Below, in pieces: positions 30,101-45,100 of a DNA stretch of 64,000 nucleotides (positions are counted from its first letter, which is position 1; each line of letters starts with the position of its first letter). The stretch lies in the NCBI RefSeq assembly GCF_009914755.1, contig NC_060937.1; one strand, given 5' to 3'. The DNA is from the human T2T-CHM13v2.0 reference genome, Homo sapiens. The notes beneath the pieces were generated by a model, which worked only from the letters and a program-made list of their open reading frames with translations, made no database searches and was not told the DNA's origin. Position numbers and translations under genes: made by a program.

Positions 30101-33100
30101 TACATCAAATATAGATTATATACTGTACATAAAATACCAAAGTACCCCAAATATATATTTTATACTGTACATGAAATATCAAAGTTCTCAAACTATATAT
30201 TATATACTGCACATAAAATATCAACGTACCCAAGGTATATATTCCATACTGTACAAAAAATATCAAAGTACCCAAAGCATATATTATATTCTGTACATAA
30301 AATATGAAAGTACATCAAATATATATTTTATTCTGTACATAAAATTTCAAAGTACACCAAATATATATTCTATACTGTACATAAAATATCAAGGTACCCA
30401 AACTATACATTATATACTGTACATAAAATATGAAATTACATCAAATATATATTATATTAGGTACATAAAATATGAAAGTACATCAAATATAGATTATATA
30501 CTGTACATAAAATATCAAAGTACCCAAATATATATCATATACTGTACATGAAATATCAAAGTTCACAAACTATATATTATATACTGTACATAAAATATCA
30601 AAGTACCCAAACTATACATTATATACTGTACATAAAATATGAAATTACATCAAATATATATTTTATTAGGTATGTAAAATATGAAAGTACATCAAATATA
30701 GATTATATACTGTACATAAAATACCAAACTACCCCAAATATATATTTTATACTGTACATGAAATATCAAAGTTCTCAAACTATATATTATATACTGCACA
30801 TAAAATATCAAAGTACCCAAGGTATATATTCCATACTGTACAAAAATTATCAAAGTACCCAAAGCATATATTATATGCTGTACATAAAATATGAAAGTAC
30901 ATCAAATATATATTTTATTCTGTACATAAAATATCAAAGTACACCAAATATATATTCTATACTGTACATAAAATATCAAGGTACCCAAACTATACATTAT
31001 ATACTGTACATAATATATGAAATTACATCAAATATATATTATATTAGGTACATAAAATATGAAAGTACATCAAATATAGATTATATACTGTACATAAAAT
31101 ATCAAAGTACCCAAATATATATCATATACTGTACATGAAATATCAAAGTTCACAAACTATATATTATATACTGTACATAAAATATCAAAGTACCCAAACT
31201 ATACATTATATACTGTACATAAAATCTGAAATTACATCAAATATATATTATATTAGGTATGTAAAATATGAAAGTACATCAAATATAGATTGTATACTGT
31301 ACATAAAATACCAAAGTACCCCAAATATATATTTTATACTGTACATGAAATATCAAAGTTCTCAAACTATATATTATATACTGCACATAAAATATCAAAG
31401 TACCCAAGCTATATATTCCATACTGTACAAAAAATATCAAAGTACCCAAAGCATATATTATATGCTGTACATAAAATATGAAAGTACATCAAATATATAT
31501 TTTATTCTGTACATAAAATATCAAAGTACACCAAATATATATTCTATACTGTACATAAAATATCAACGTACCCAAACTATACATTTTATACTGTACATAA
31601 AATATGAAATTACATCAAATATATATTATATTAGGTACATAAAATATGAAAGTACATCAAATATAGATTATACACTGTACATAAAATATCAAAGTACCCA
31701 AATATATATCATATACTGTACATGAAATATCAAAGTTCACAAACTATATATTATATACTGTACATAAAATATCAAAGTACCCAAACTATACATTATATAC
31801 TGTACATAAAAGATGAAATTACATCAAATATATATTATATTAGGTATGTAAAATATGAGAGTACATCAAATATAGATTATATACTGTACATAAAATACCA
31901 AAGTACCCCAAATATATATTTTATACTGTACATGAAATATCAAAGTTCTCAAACTATATATTATATACTGCACATAAAATATCAAAGTACCCAAGGTATA
32001 TATTCCATACTGTACAAAAAATATCAAAGTACCCAAAGCATATATTATATGCTGTACATAAAATATGAAAGTACATCAAATATATATTTTATTCTGTACA
32101 TAAAATATCAAAGTACACCAAATATATATTCTATACTGTACATAAAATATCAAGGTACCCAAACTATACATTATATACTGTACATAAAATATGAAATTAC
32201 ATCAAATATATATTATATTAGGTACATAAAATATGAAAGTACATCAAATATAGATTATATACTGTACATAAAATATCAAAGTACCCAAATATATATCATA
32301 TACTGTACATGAAATATCAAAGTTCACAAACTATATATTATATACTGTACATAAAATATCAAAGTACCCAAACTATACATTATATACTGTACATAAAATA
32401 TGAAATTACGTCAAATATATATTTTATTAGGTATGTAAAATATGAAAGTACATCAAATATAGATTATATACTGTACATAAAATACCAAAGTACCCCAAAT
32501 ATATATTTTATACTGTACATGAAATATCAAAGTTCTCAAACTATATATTATATACTGCACATAAAATATCAAAGTACCCAAGGTATATATTCCATACTGT
32601 ACAAAAAATATCAAAGTACCCAAAGCATATATTATATGTTGTACATAAAATATGAAAGTACATCAAATATATATTTTATTTTGTACATACAATATCAAAG
32701 TACACCAAATATATATTCTATACTGTACATAAAATATCAAGGTACGCAAACTATACATTATATACTGTACATAAAATATGAAATTACATCAAATATATAT
32801 TATATTAGGTACATAAAATATGAAAGTACATCAAATATAGATTCTGTACTGTACATAAAATATCAAAGTACCCAAATATATATCATATACTGTACATGAA
32901 ATATGAAAGTTCACAAACTATATATTATATACTGTACATAAAATATCAAAGTACCCAAACTATACATTATATACTGAACATAAAATATGAAATTACATCA
33001 AATATATATTATATTAGGTATGTAAAATATGAAAGTACATCAAATATAGATTATATACTGTACATAAAATACCAAAGTACCCCAAATATATATTTTATAC

Positions 33101-36100
33101 TGTACATGAAATATCAAAGTTCTCAAACTGTATATTATATAGTGCACATAAAATATCAAAGTACCCAAGGTATATATTCCATACTGTACAAAAAATATCA
33201 AAGTACCCAAAGCATATATTATTTGCTGTACATAAAATATGAGAGTACATCAAATATATATTTTATTCTGTACATAAAATATCAAAGTACACCAAATATA
33301 TATTCTATACTGTACATAAAATATCAAGGTACCCAAACTATACATTATATACTGTACAAAAAAAATGAAATTACATCAAATATATATTATATTAGGTACA
33401 TAAAATATGAAAGTACATCAAATATAGATTATATACTGTACATAAAATATCAAAGTACCCAAATATATATCATATACTGTACATGAAATATCAAAGTTCA
33501 CAAACTATATATTATATACTGTACATAAAATATCAAAGTACCCAAACTATACATTATATACTGTACATAAAATATGAAATTACATCAAATATATATTTTA
33601 TTAGGTATGTAAAATATGAAAGTACATCAAATATAGATTATATACTGTACATAAAATACCAAAGTACCCCAAATATATATTTAATTCTGTACATGAAATA
33701 TCAAAGTTCTCAAACTATATATTATATACTGCACATAAAATATCAAAGTACCCAAGGTATATATTCCATACTGTACAAAAAATATCAAAGTACCCAAAGC
33801 ATATATTATATGCTGTACATAAAATATGAATGTACATCAAATATATATTTTATTCTGTACATAAAATATCAAAGTACACCAAATACATATTCTATACTGT
33901 ACATAAAATATCAAGGTACCCAAACTATACATTATATACTGTACATAAAAAACGAAATTACATCAAATATATATTATATTAGGTACATAAAATATGAAAG
34001 TACATCAAATATAGATTATATACTGTACATAAAATATCAAAGTACCCAAATATATATCATATACTGTACATGAAATATCAAAGTTCACAAACTATATATT
34101 ATATACTGTACATAAAATATCAAAGTACCCAAACTATACATTATATACTGTACATAAAATATGAAATTACATCAAATATATATTTTATTAGGTATGTAAA
34201 ATATGAAAGTACATCAAATAGAGGTTATATACTGTACATAAAATACCAAAGTACCCCAAATATATATTTTAAACTGTACAGGAAATATCAAAGTTCTCAA
34301 ACTATATATTATATACTGCACCTAAAATATCAAAGTACCCAAGGTATATATTCCATAATGTACAAAAAATATCAAAGTACCCAAAGCATATATTATATGC
34401 TGTACATAAAATATGAAAGTAGATGTAATATATATTTTATTCTCTACATAAAATATCAAAGTACACCAAATATATATTCTATATTGTACATAAAATATCA
34501 AGGTACCCAAACTATACATTATATACTGTACATAAAATATGAAATTACATCAAATATATATTATATTAGGTACATAAAATATGAAAGTACATCAAATATA
34601 GATTATATACTGTACATAAAATATCAAAGTACCCAAACTATACATTATATAGTGTACATAAAAGATGAAATTACATCAAATATATATTATATTAGGTATG
34701 TAAAATATGAAAGTACATCAAATATAGATTATATACTGTACATAAAATACCAAAGTACCCCAAATATATATTTTATACTGTACAGGAAATATCAAAGTTC
34801 TCAAACTATATATTATATACTGCACATAAATTATCAAAGTACCCAAGGTATATATTCCATACTGTAAAAAAAATATCAAAGTACCCAAAGCATATATTAT
34901 ATGCTGTACATAAAATATGAAAGTACATCATATATATATTTTATTCTGTACATAAAATATCAAAGTACACCAAATATATATTCTATAATGTACATAAAAT
35001 ATCAAGGTACCCAAACTATACATTATATACTGTACATAAAATATGAAATTACATCAAATATATATTATATTAGGTACATAAAATATGAAAGTACATCAAA
35101 TATAGATTATATACTGTACATAAAATATCAAAGTACCCAAATATATATCATATACTGTACATGAAATATCAAAGTTCACAAACTATATATTTTATACTGT
35201 ACATAAAATATCAAAGTACCCACACTATACATTATATACTGTACATAAAATATGAAATTACATCCAATATATATTATATTAGGTATGTAAAATATGAAAG
35301 TACATCAAATATAGATTATATACTGTACATAAAATACCAAAATACCCCAAATATATATTTTATACTGTACATGAAATATCAAAGTTCTCAAACTATATAT
35401 TATATACTGCACATAAAATATCAAAGTACCCAAGGTATATATTCCATACTGTACAAAAAATATCAAAGTATCCAAAGCATATATTATATGCTGTACATAA
35501 AATATGAAAGTACATGAAATATATATTTTATTCTCTACATAAAATATCAAAGTACACCAAATATATATTCTATACTGTACATAAAATATCAAGGTACCCA
35601 AACTATACATTATATACTGTACATAAAATATGAAATTACATCAAATATATATTATATTAGGTACATAAAATATGAAAGTACATCAAATATAGATTATATA
35701 CTGTACATAAAATATCAAAGTACCCAAATATATATCATATACTGTACATGAAATATCAAAGTTCACAAACTATATATTATATACTGTACATAAAATATCA
35801 AAGTACCCAAACTATACATTATATACTGTACATAAAATATGAAATTACATCAAATATATATTTTATTATGTATGTAAAATATGAAAGTACATCAAATATA
35901 GATTCTATACTGTACATAAAATACCAAAGTACCCCAAATATATATTTAATACTGTACATGAAATATCAAAGTTCTCATACTGTATATTATATACTGCACA
36001 TAAAATATCAAAGTACCCAAGGTATATATTCCATACAGTACAAAAATTATCAAAGTACCCAAAGCATATATTATATGCTGTACATAAAATATGAAAGTAC

Positions 36101-39100
36101 ATCAAATATATATTTTATTCTGTACATAAAATATCAAAGTACACCCAATATATATTCTATACTGTACATAAAATATCAAGGTACCCAAACTATACATTAT
36201 ATACTGTACATAAAATATGAAATTACATCAAATATATATTATATTAGGTACATAAAATATGAAAGTACATCAAATATAGATTATATACTGTACATAAAAT
36301 ATCAAAGTACCCAAATATATATCATATACTGTACATGAAATATCAAAGTTCACAAACTATATATTATATACTGTACATAAAATATCAAAGTACCCACACT
36401 ATACATTATATACTGTACATAAAATATGAAATTACATCAAATATATATTATATTAGGTATGTAAAATATGAAAGTACATCTAATATAGATTATATACTGT
36501 ACATAAAATACCAAAGTACCCCAAATATATATTTTATACTGTACATGAAATATCAAAGTTCTCAAACTATATATTATATACTGCACATAAAATATCAAAG
36601 AACCCAAGGTATATATTCCATACTGTACAAAAAATATCAAAGTACCCAAAGCATATATTTTATGCTGTACATAAAATATGAAAGTACATGAAATATATAT
36701 TTTATTCTCTACATAAAATATCAAAGTACACCAAATATATATTCTATACTGTACATAAAATATCAAGGTACCCAAACTATACATTATATACTGTACATAA
36801 AATATGAAATTACATCAAATATATATTATATTAGGTACATAAAATATGAAAGTACATCAAATATAGATTATATACTGTACATAAAATATCAAAGTACCCA
36901 AATATATATCATATACTGTACATGAAATATCAAAGTTCACAAACTATATATTATATACTGTACATAAAATATCAAAGTACCCAAACTATACATTATATAC
37001 TGTACATAAAATATGAAATTACATCAAATATATATTATCTTAGGTATGTAAAATATGAAAGTACATCAAATATAGATTATATACTGTACATAAAATACCA
37101 AAGTACCCCAAATATATATTTTATACTGTACATGAAATATCAAAGTTCTCAAACTATATATTATATACTACACATAAAATATCAAAGTACCCAAGGTATA
37201 TATTCCATACTGTACAAAAAATATCAAAGTACCCAAAGCATATATTATATGCTGTACATAAAATATGAAAGTACATGAAATATATATTTTATTCTGTACA
37301 TAAAATATCAAAGTACACCAAATATATATTCTATACTGTACATAAAATATCAAGGTACCCAAACTATACATTATATACTGTACATAAAATATGAAATTAC
37401 ATCAAATATATATTATATTAGGTACATAAAATATGAAAGTACATCAAATATAGATTATATACTGTACATAAAATATCAAAGTACCCAAACTATACATTAT
37501 ATACTGTACATAAAAGATGAAATTACATCAAATATATATTATATTAGGTATGTAAAATATGAAAGTACATCAAATATAGATTATATACTGTACATAAAAT
37601 ACCAAAGTACCCCAAATATATATTTTATACTGTACATGAAATATCAAAGTTCTCAAACTATATATTATATACTACACATAAAATATCAAAGTACCCAAGG
37701 TATATATTCCATACTGTACAAAAAATATCAAAGTACCCAAAGCATATATTTTATGCTGTACATAAAATATGAAAGTACATGAAATATATATTTTATTCTC
37801 TACATAAAATATCAAAGTACATCAAATATATATTCTATACTGTACATAAAATATCAAGGTACCCAAACTATACATTATATACTGTACATAAAATATGAAA
37901 TTACATCAAATATATATTATATTAGGTACATAAAATATGAAAGTACATCAAATATAGATTATATACTGTACATAAAATATCAAAGTACCTAAATATATAT
38001 CATATACTGTACATGAAATATCAAAGTTCACAAACTATATATTATATACTGTACATAAAATATCAAAGTACCCAAACTATACATTATATACTGTACATAA
38101 AATATGAAATTACATCAAATATATATTATCTTAGGTATGTAAAATATGAAAGTACATCAAATATAGATTATATACTGTACATAAAATACCAAAGTACCCC
38201 AAATATATATTTTATACTGTACATGAAATATCAAAGTTCTCAAACTATATATTATATACTGCACATAAAATATCAAAGTACCCAAGGTATATATTCCATA
38301 CTGTACAAAAAATATCAAAGTACCCAAAGCATATATTATATGCTGTACATAAAATATGAAAGTACATGAAATATATATTTTATTTTGTACATAAAATATC
38401 AAAGTACACCAAATATATATTCTATACTGTACATAAAATATCAAGGTACCCAAACTATACATTATATACTGTACATAAAATATGAAATTACATCAAAAAT
38501 ATATTATATTAGGTACATAAAATATGAAAGTACATCAAATATAGATTATATACTGTACATAAAATATCAAAGTACCCAAATATATATCATATACTGTACA
38601 TGAAATATCAAAGTTCACAAACTATATATTATATACTGTACATAAAATATCAAAGTACCCAAACTATACATTATATACTGTACATAAAATATGAAATTAC
38701 ATCAATTATACATTATATTAGGTATGTAAAATATGAAAGTACATCAAATAGAGGTTATATACTGTACATAAAATACCAAAGTACCCCAAATATATATTTT
38801 ATACTGTACATGAAATATCAAAGTTCTCAAACTATATATTATATACTGCACCTAAAATATCAAAGTACCCAAGGTATATATTCCATAATGTACAAAAAAT
38901 ATCAAAGTACCCAAAGCATATATTATATGCTGTACATAAAATATGAAAGTAGATGTAATATATATTTTATTCTCTACATAAAATATCAAAGTACACCAAA
39001 TATATATTCTATACTGTACATAAAATATCAAGTTACCCAAACTATACATTATATACAGTACATAAAATATGAAATTACATCAAATATAGATTATATACTG

Positions 39101-42100
39101 TACATAAAATATCAAAGTACCCAAATATATATCATATACTGTACATGAAATATCAAAGTTCACAAACTATATATTATATACTGTACATAAAATATCAAGG
39201 TACCCAAACTATACATTATATACTGTACATAAAAGATGAAATTAAATCAAATATATATTATCTTAGGTATGTAAAATATGAAAGTACATCAAATATAGAT
39301 TATATACTGTACATAAAATACCAAAGTACCCCAAATATATATTTTATACTGTACATGAAATATCAAAGTTCTCAAACTATATATTATATAGTGCACATAA
39401 AATATCAAAGTACCAATGGTATATATTCCATACTGTACAAAAAATATCAAAGTACCCAAAGCATATATTATGCTGTACATAAAATATGAAAGTACATGAA
39501 ATATATATTTTATTCTGTACATAAAATATCAAAGTACACCAAATATATATTCTATACTGTACATAAAATATCAAGGTACCCAAACTATACATTATATACT
39601 GTACATAAAATATGAAATTACATCAAATATATATTATATTAGGTACATAAAATATGAAAGTACATCAAATATAGATTATATACTGTACATAAAATATCAA
39701 AGTACCCAAACTATACATTATATACTGTACATAAAAGATGAAATTACATCAAATATATATTATATTAGGTATGTAAAATATGAAAGTACATCAAATATAG
39801 ATTATATACTGTACATAAAATACCAAAGTACCCCAAATATATATTTTATACTGTACATGAAATATCAAAGTTCTCAAACTATATATTATATACTGCACAT
39901 AAAATATCAAAGTACCCAAGTTATATATTCCATACTGTACAAAAAATATCAAAGTACCCAAAGCATATATTATATGCTGTACATAAAATATGAAAGTACA
40001 TCAAATATATATTTTATTCTGTACATAAAATATCAAAGTACACCAAATATATATTCTATACTGTACATAAAATATCAAGGTACCCAAACTATACATTATA
40101 TACTGTACATAAAATATGAAATTACATCAAATATATATTATATTAGGTACATAAAATATGAAAGTACATCAAATATAGATTATATACTGTACATAAAATA
40201 TCAAAGTACCCAAATATATATCATATACTGTACATGAAATATCAAAGCTCACACACTATATATTATATACTGTACATAAAATATCAATGTACCCAAACTA
40301 TACTTTATATACTGTACATAAAATATGAAATTACATCAATTATATATTATATTAGGTATGTAAAATATGAAAGTACATCAAATAGAGGTTATATACTGTA
40401 CATAAAATACCAAAGTACCCCAAATATATATTTTATACTGTACATGAAATATCAAAGTTCTCAAACTATATATTATATACTGCACATAAAATATCAAAGT
40501 ACCCAAGGTATATATTCCATAATGTACAAAAAATATCAAAGTACCCAAAGCATATATTATATGCTGTACATAAAATATGAAAGTAGATGTAATATATATT
40601 TTATTCTCTACATAAAATATCAAAGTACACCAAATATATATTCTATACTGTACATAAAATATCAAGGTACCCAAACTATACATTATCAACTGTACATAAA
40701 ATATGAAATTACATCAAATATATATTATATTAGGTACATAAAATATGAAAGTACATCAAATATAGATTATATACTGTACATAAAATATCAAAGTACCCAA
40801 ATATATATCATATACTGTACATGAAATATCAAAGTTCACAAACTATATATTATATACTGTACATAAAATAGCAAAGTACCCAAACTATACATTATATACT
40901 GTACATAAAAGATGAAATTACATCAAATATATATTATCTTAGGTATGGAAAATATGAAAGTACATCAAATATAGATTATATACTGTACATAAAATACCAA
41001 AGTACCCCAAATATATATTTTATACTGTACATGAAATATCGAAGTTCTCAAACTATATATTATATGCTGCACATAAAATATCAAAGTACCCAAGGTATAT
41101 ATTCCATACTGTACAAAAAATATCAAAGTACCCAAAGCATATATTATATGCTGTACATAAAATATGAAAGTACATGAAATATATATTTTATTCTGTACAT
41201 AAAATATCAAAGTACACCAAATATATATTCTATACTGTACATAAAATATCAAGGTACCCAAACTATACATTATATACTGTACATAAAATATGAAATTACA
41301 TCAAATATATATTATATTAGGTACATAAAATATGAAAGTACATCAAATATAGATTATATACTGTACATAAAATATCAAAGTACCCAAACTATACATTATA
41401 TACTGTACATAAAATATGAAATTACATCAAATATATATTATATTAGGTATGTAAAATATGAAAGTACATCAAATATAGATTATATACTGTACATAAAATA
41501 CCAAAGTACCCCAAATATATATTTTATACTGTACATGAAATATCAAAGTTCTCAAACTATATATTATATACTGCACATAAAATATCAAAGTACCCAAGGT
41601 ATATATTCCATACTGTACAAAAAATATCAAAGTACCCAAAGCATATATTATATGCTGTACATAAAATATGAAAGTACATCAAATATATATTTTATTCTGT
41701 ACATAAAATATCAAAGTACACCAAATATATATTCTATACTGTACATAAAATATCAAGGTACCCAAACTATACATTATATACTGTACATAAAATATGAAAT
41801 TACATCAAATATATATTATATTAGGTCCATAAAATATGAAAGTACATCAAATATAGATTATATACTGTACATAAAATATCAAAGTACCCAAATATATATC
41901 ATATACTGTACATGAAATATCAAAGCTCACACACTATATATTATATACTGTACATAAAATATCAAAGTACCCAAACTATACTTTATATACTGTACATAAA
42001 ATATGAAATTACATCAAATATATATTTTATTAGGTATGTAAAATATGAAAGTACATCAAGTATAGATTTTATACTGTACATAAAATACCAAAGTACCCCA

Positions 42101-45100
42101 AATATATATTTTATACTGTACATGAAATATCAAAGTTCTCAAACTATATATTATATACTGCACATAAAATATCAAAGTACCCAAGGTATATATTACATAC
42201 TGTACAAAAAATATCAAAGTACCCAAAGCATATATTATATGCTGTACATAAAATATGAAAGTACATGAAATATATATTTTATTCTCTACATAAAATATCA
42301 AAGTACACCAAATATATATTCTATACTGTACATAAAATATCAAGGTACCCAAACTATACATTATATACTGTACATAAGATATGAAATTACATCAAATATA
42401 TATTATATAAGGTACATAAAATATGAAAGTACATCAAACATAGCTTATATACTGTACATAAAATATGAAAGTACATCAAATATAGATTATATACTGTACA
42501 TAAAATACCAAAGTACCCCAAATATATATTTTATACTGTACATGAAATATCAAAGTTCTCAAACTATATATTATATACTGCACATAAAATATCAAAGTAC
42601 CCAAGGTATATATTCCATACTGTACAAAAAATATCAAAGTACCCAAAGCATATATTATATGCTGTACATAAAATATGAAAGTACATCAAATATATATTTT
42701 ATTCTGTACATAAAATATCAAAGTACACCAAATATATATTCTATACTGTACATAAAATATCAAGGTACCCAAACTATACATTATATACTGTACATAAGAT
42801 ATGAAATTACATCAAATATATATTATATTAGGTACATAAAATATGAAAGTACATCAAATATAGATTATATACTGTACATAAAATATCAAAGTACCCAAAT
42901 ATATATCATATACTGTACATGAAATATCAAAGCTCACACACTATATATTATATACTGTACATAAAATATCAAAGTACCCAAACTATACTTTATATACTGT
43001 ACATAAAATATGAAATTACATCAAATATATATTTTATTAGGTATGTAAAATATGAAAGTACATCAAGTGTAGATTTTATACTGTACATAAAATACCAAAG
43101 TACCCCAAATATATATTTTATACTGTACATGAAATATCAAAGTTCTCATACTATATATTATATACTGCACATAAAATATCAAAGTACCCAAGGTATATAT
43201 TACATACTGTACAAAAAATATCAAAGTACCCAAAGCATATATTATATGCTGTACATAAAATATGAAAGTACATGAAATATATATTTTATTCTCTACATAA
43301 AATATCAAAGTACACCAAATATATATTCTATACTGTACATAAAATATCAAGGTACCCAAACTATACATTATATACTGTACATAAGATATGAAATTACATC
43401 AAATATATATTATATAAGGTACATAAAATATGAAAGTACATCAAACATAGCTTATATACTGTACATAAAATATCAAAGTACCCAAATATATATCATATAC
43501 TGTACATGAAATATCAAAGTTCACAAACTGTATATTATATACTGTACATAAAATATCAAGGTACCCAAACTATACATTATATACTGTACATAAAATATGA
43601 AATTACATCAAATATATATTTTATTAGGTATGTAAAATATGAAAGTACATCAAATATAGATTATATACTGTGCATAAAATACCAAAGTACCCCAAATATA
43701 TATTTTATACTGTACATGAAATATCAAAGTTCTCAAACTATATATTATATACTGCACATAAAATATCAAAGTACCCATGGTATATATTCCATACTGTACA
43801 AAAAATATCAAAGTACCCAAAGCATATATTATATGCTGTACATAAAATATGAAGGTACATCAAATAAATATTTTATTCTGTACATAAAATATCAAACTGC
43901 ACCAAACATATATTCTACACTGTACATAAAATATCAAGGTACCCAAACTATACATTATATACTGTACATAAAATATGAAATTACATCAAATATATATTAT
44001 ATTAGGTACATAAAATATGAAAGTACATCAAATATAGATTATATAATGTACATAAAATATCAAAGTACCCAAATATATATCATATACTGTACATGAAATA
44101 TCAAAGTTCACAAACTATATATTATATACTGTACATAAAATATCAAAGTACCCAACTATTCATTATATACTGTACATAAAAGATGAAATTACATCAAATA
44201 TATATTATATTATGTATGTAAAATATGAAAGTACATGAAATATAGATTATATACTGTACATAAAATACCAAAATACCCCAAATATATATTTTATACTGTA
44301 CATGAAATATCAAAGTTCTCAAACTATATATTAAATACTGCACATAAAATATCAAAGTACCCAAGGTATATATTCCATACTGTACAAAAAATATCAAAGA
44401 TCCCAAATCATATATTATATGCTGTACATAAAATATGAAAGTACATCAAATATATATTTTATTCTGTACATAAAATATCAAAGTACACCAAATATATATT
44501 CTATACTGGACATAAAATATCAAGGTACCCATACTATACATTATATACTGTACATAAAATATGAAATTACATCAAATATATATTATATTAGGTACATAAA
44601 ATATGAAAGTACATCAAATATAGATTATATTCTGTACATAAAATATCAAAGTACCCAAATATATATCATATACTGTACATGAAATATCAAAGTTCACAAA
44701 CTATATATTATATACTGTACATAAAATATCAAAGTACCCAAACTATACATTATATACTGTACATAAAATATGAAATTACATCAAATATATATTATATTAG
44801 GTATGTAAAATATGAAAGTACATCAAATATAGATTATATACTGTACATAAAATACCAAAGTACCCCAAATATATATTTTATACTGTACTTCAAATATCAA
44901 AGTTCTCAAACTATATATTATATACCGCACATAAAATATCAAAGTACCCAAGGTATATATTCCATACTGTACAAAAAATATCAACGTACCCATAGCATAT
45001 ATTATATGCTGTACATAAAATATGAAAGTACATCAAATATATATTTTATTCTGTACATAAAATATCAAAGTACACCAAATATCTATTCTATACTGTACAT

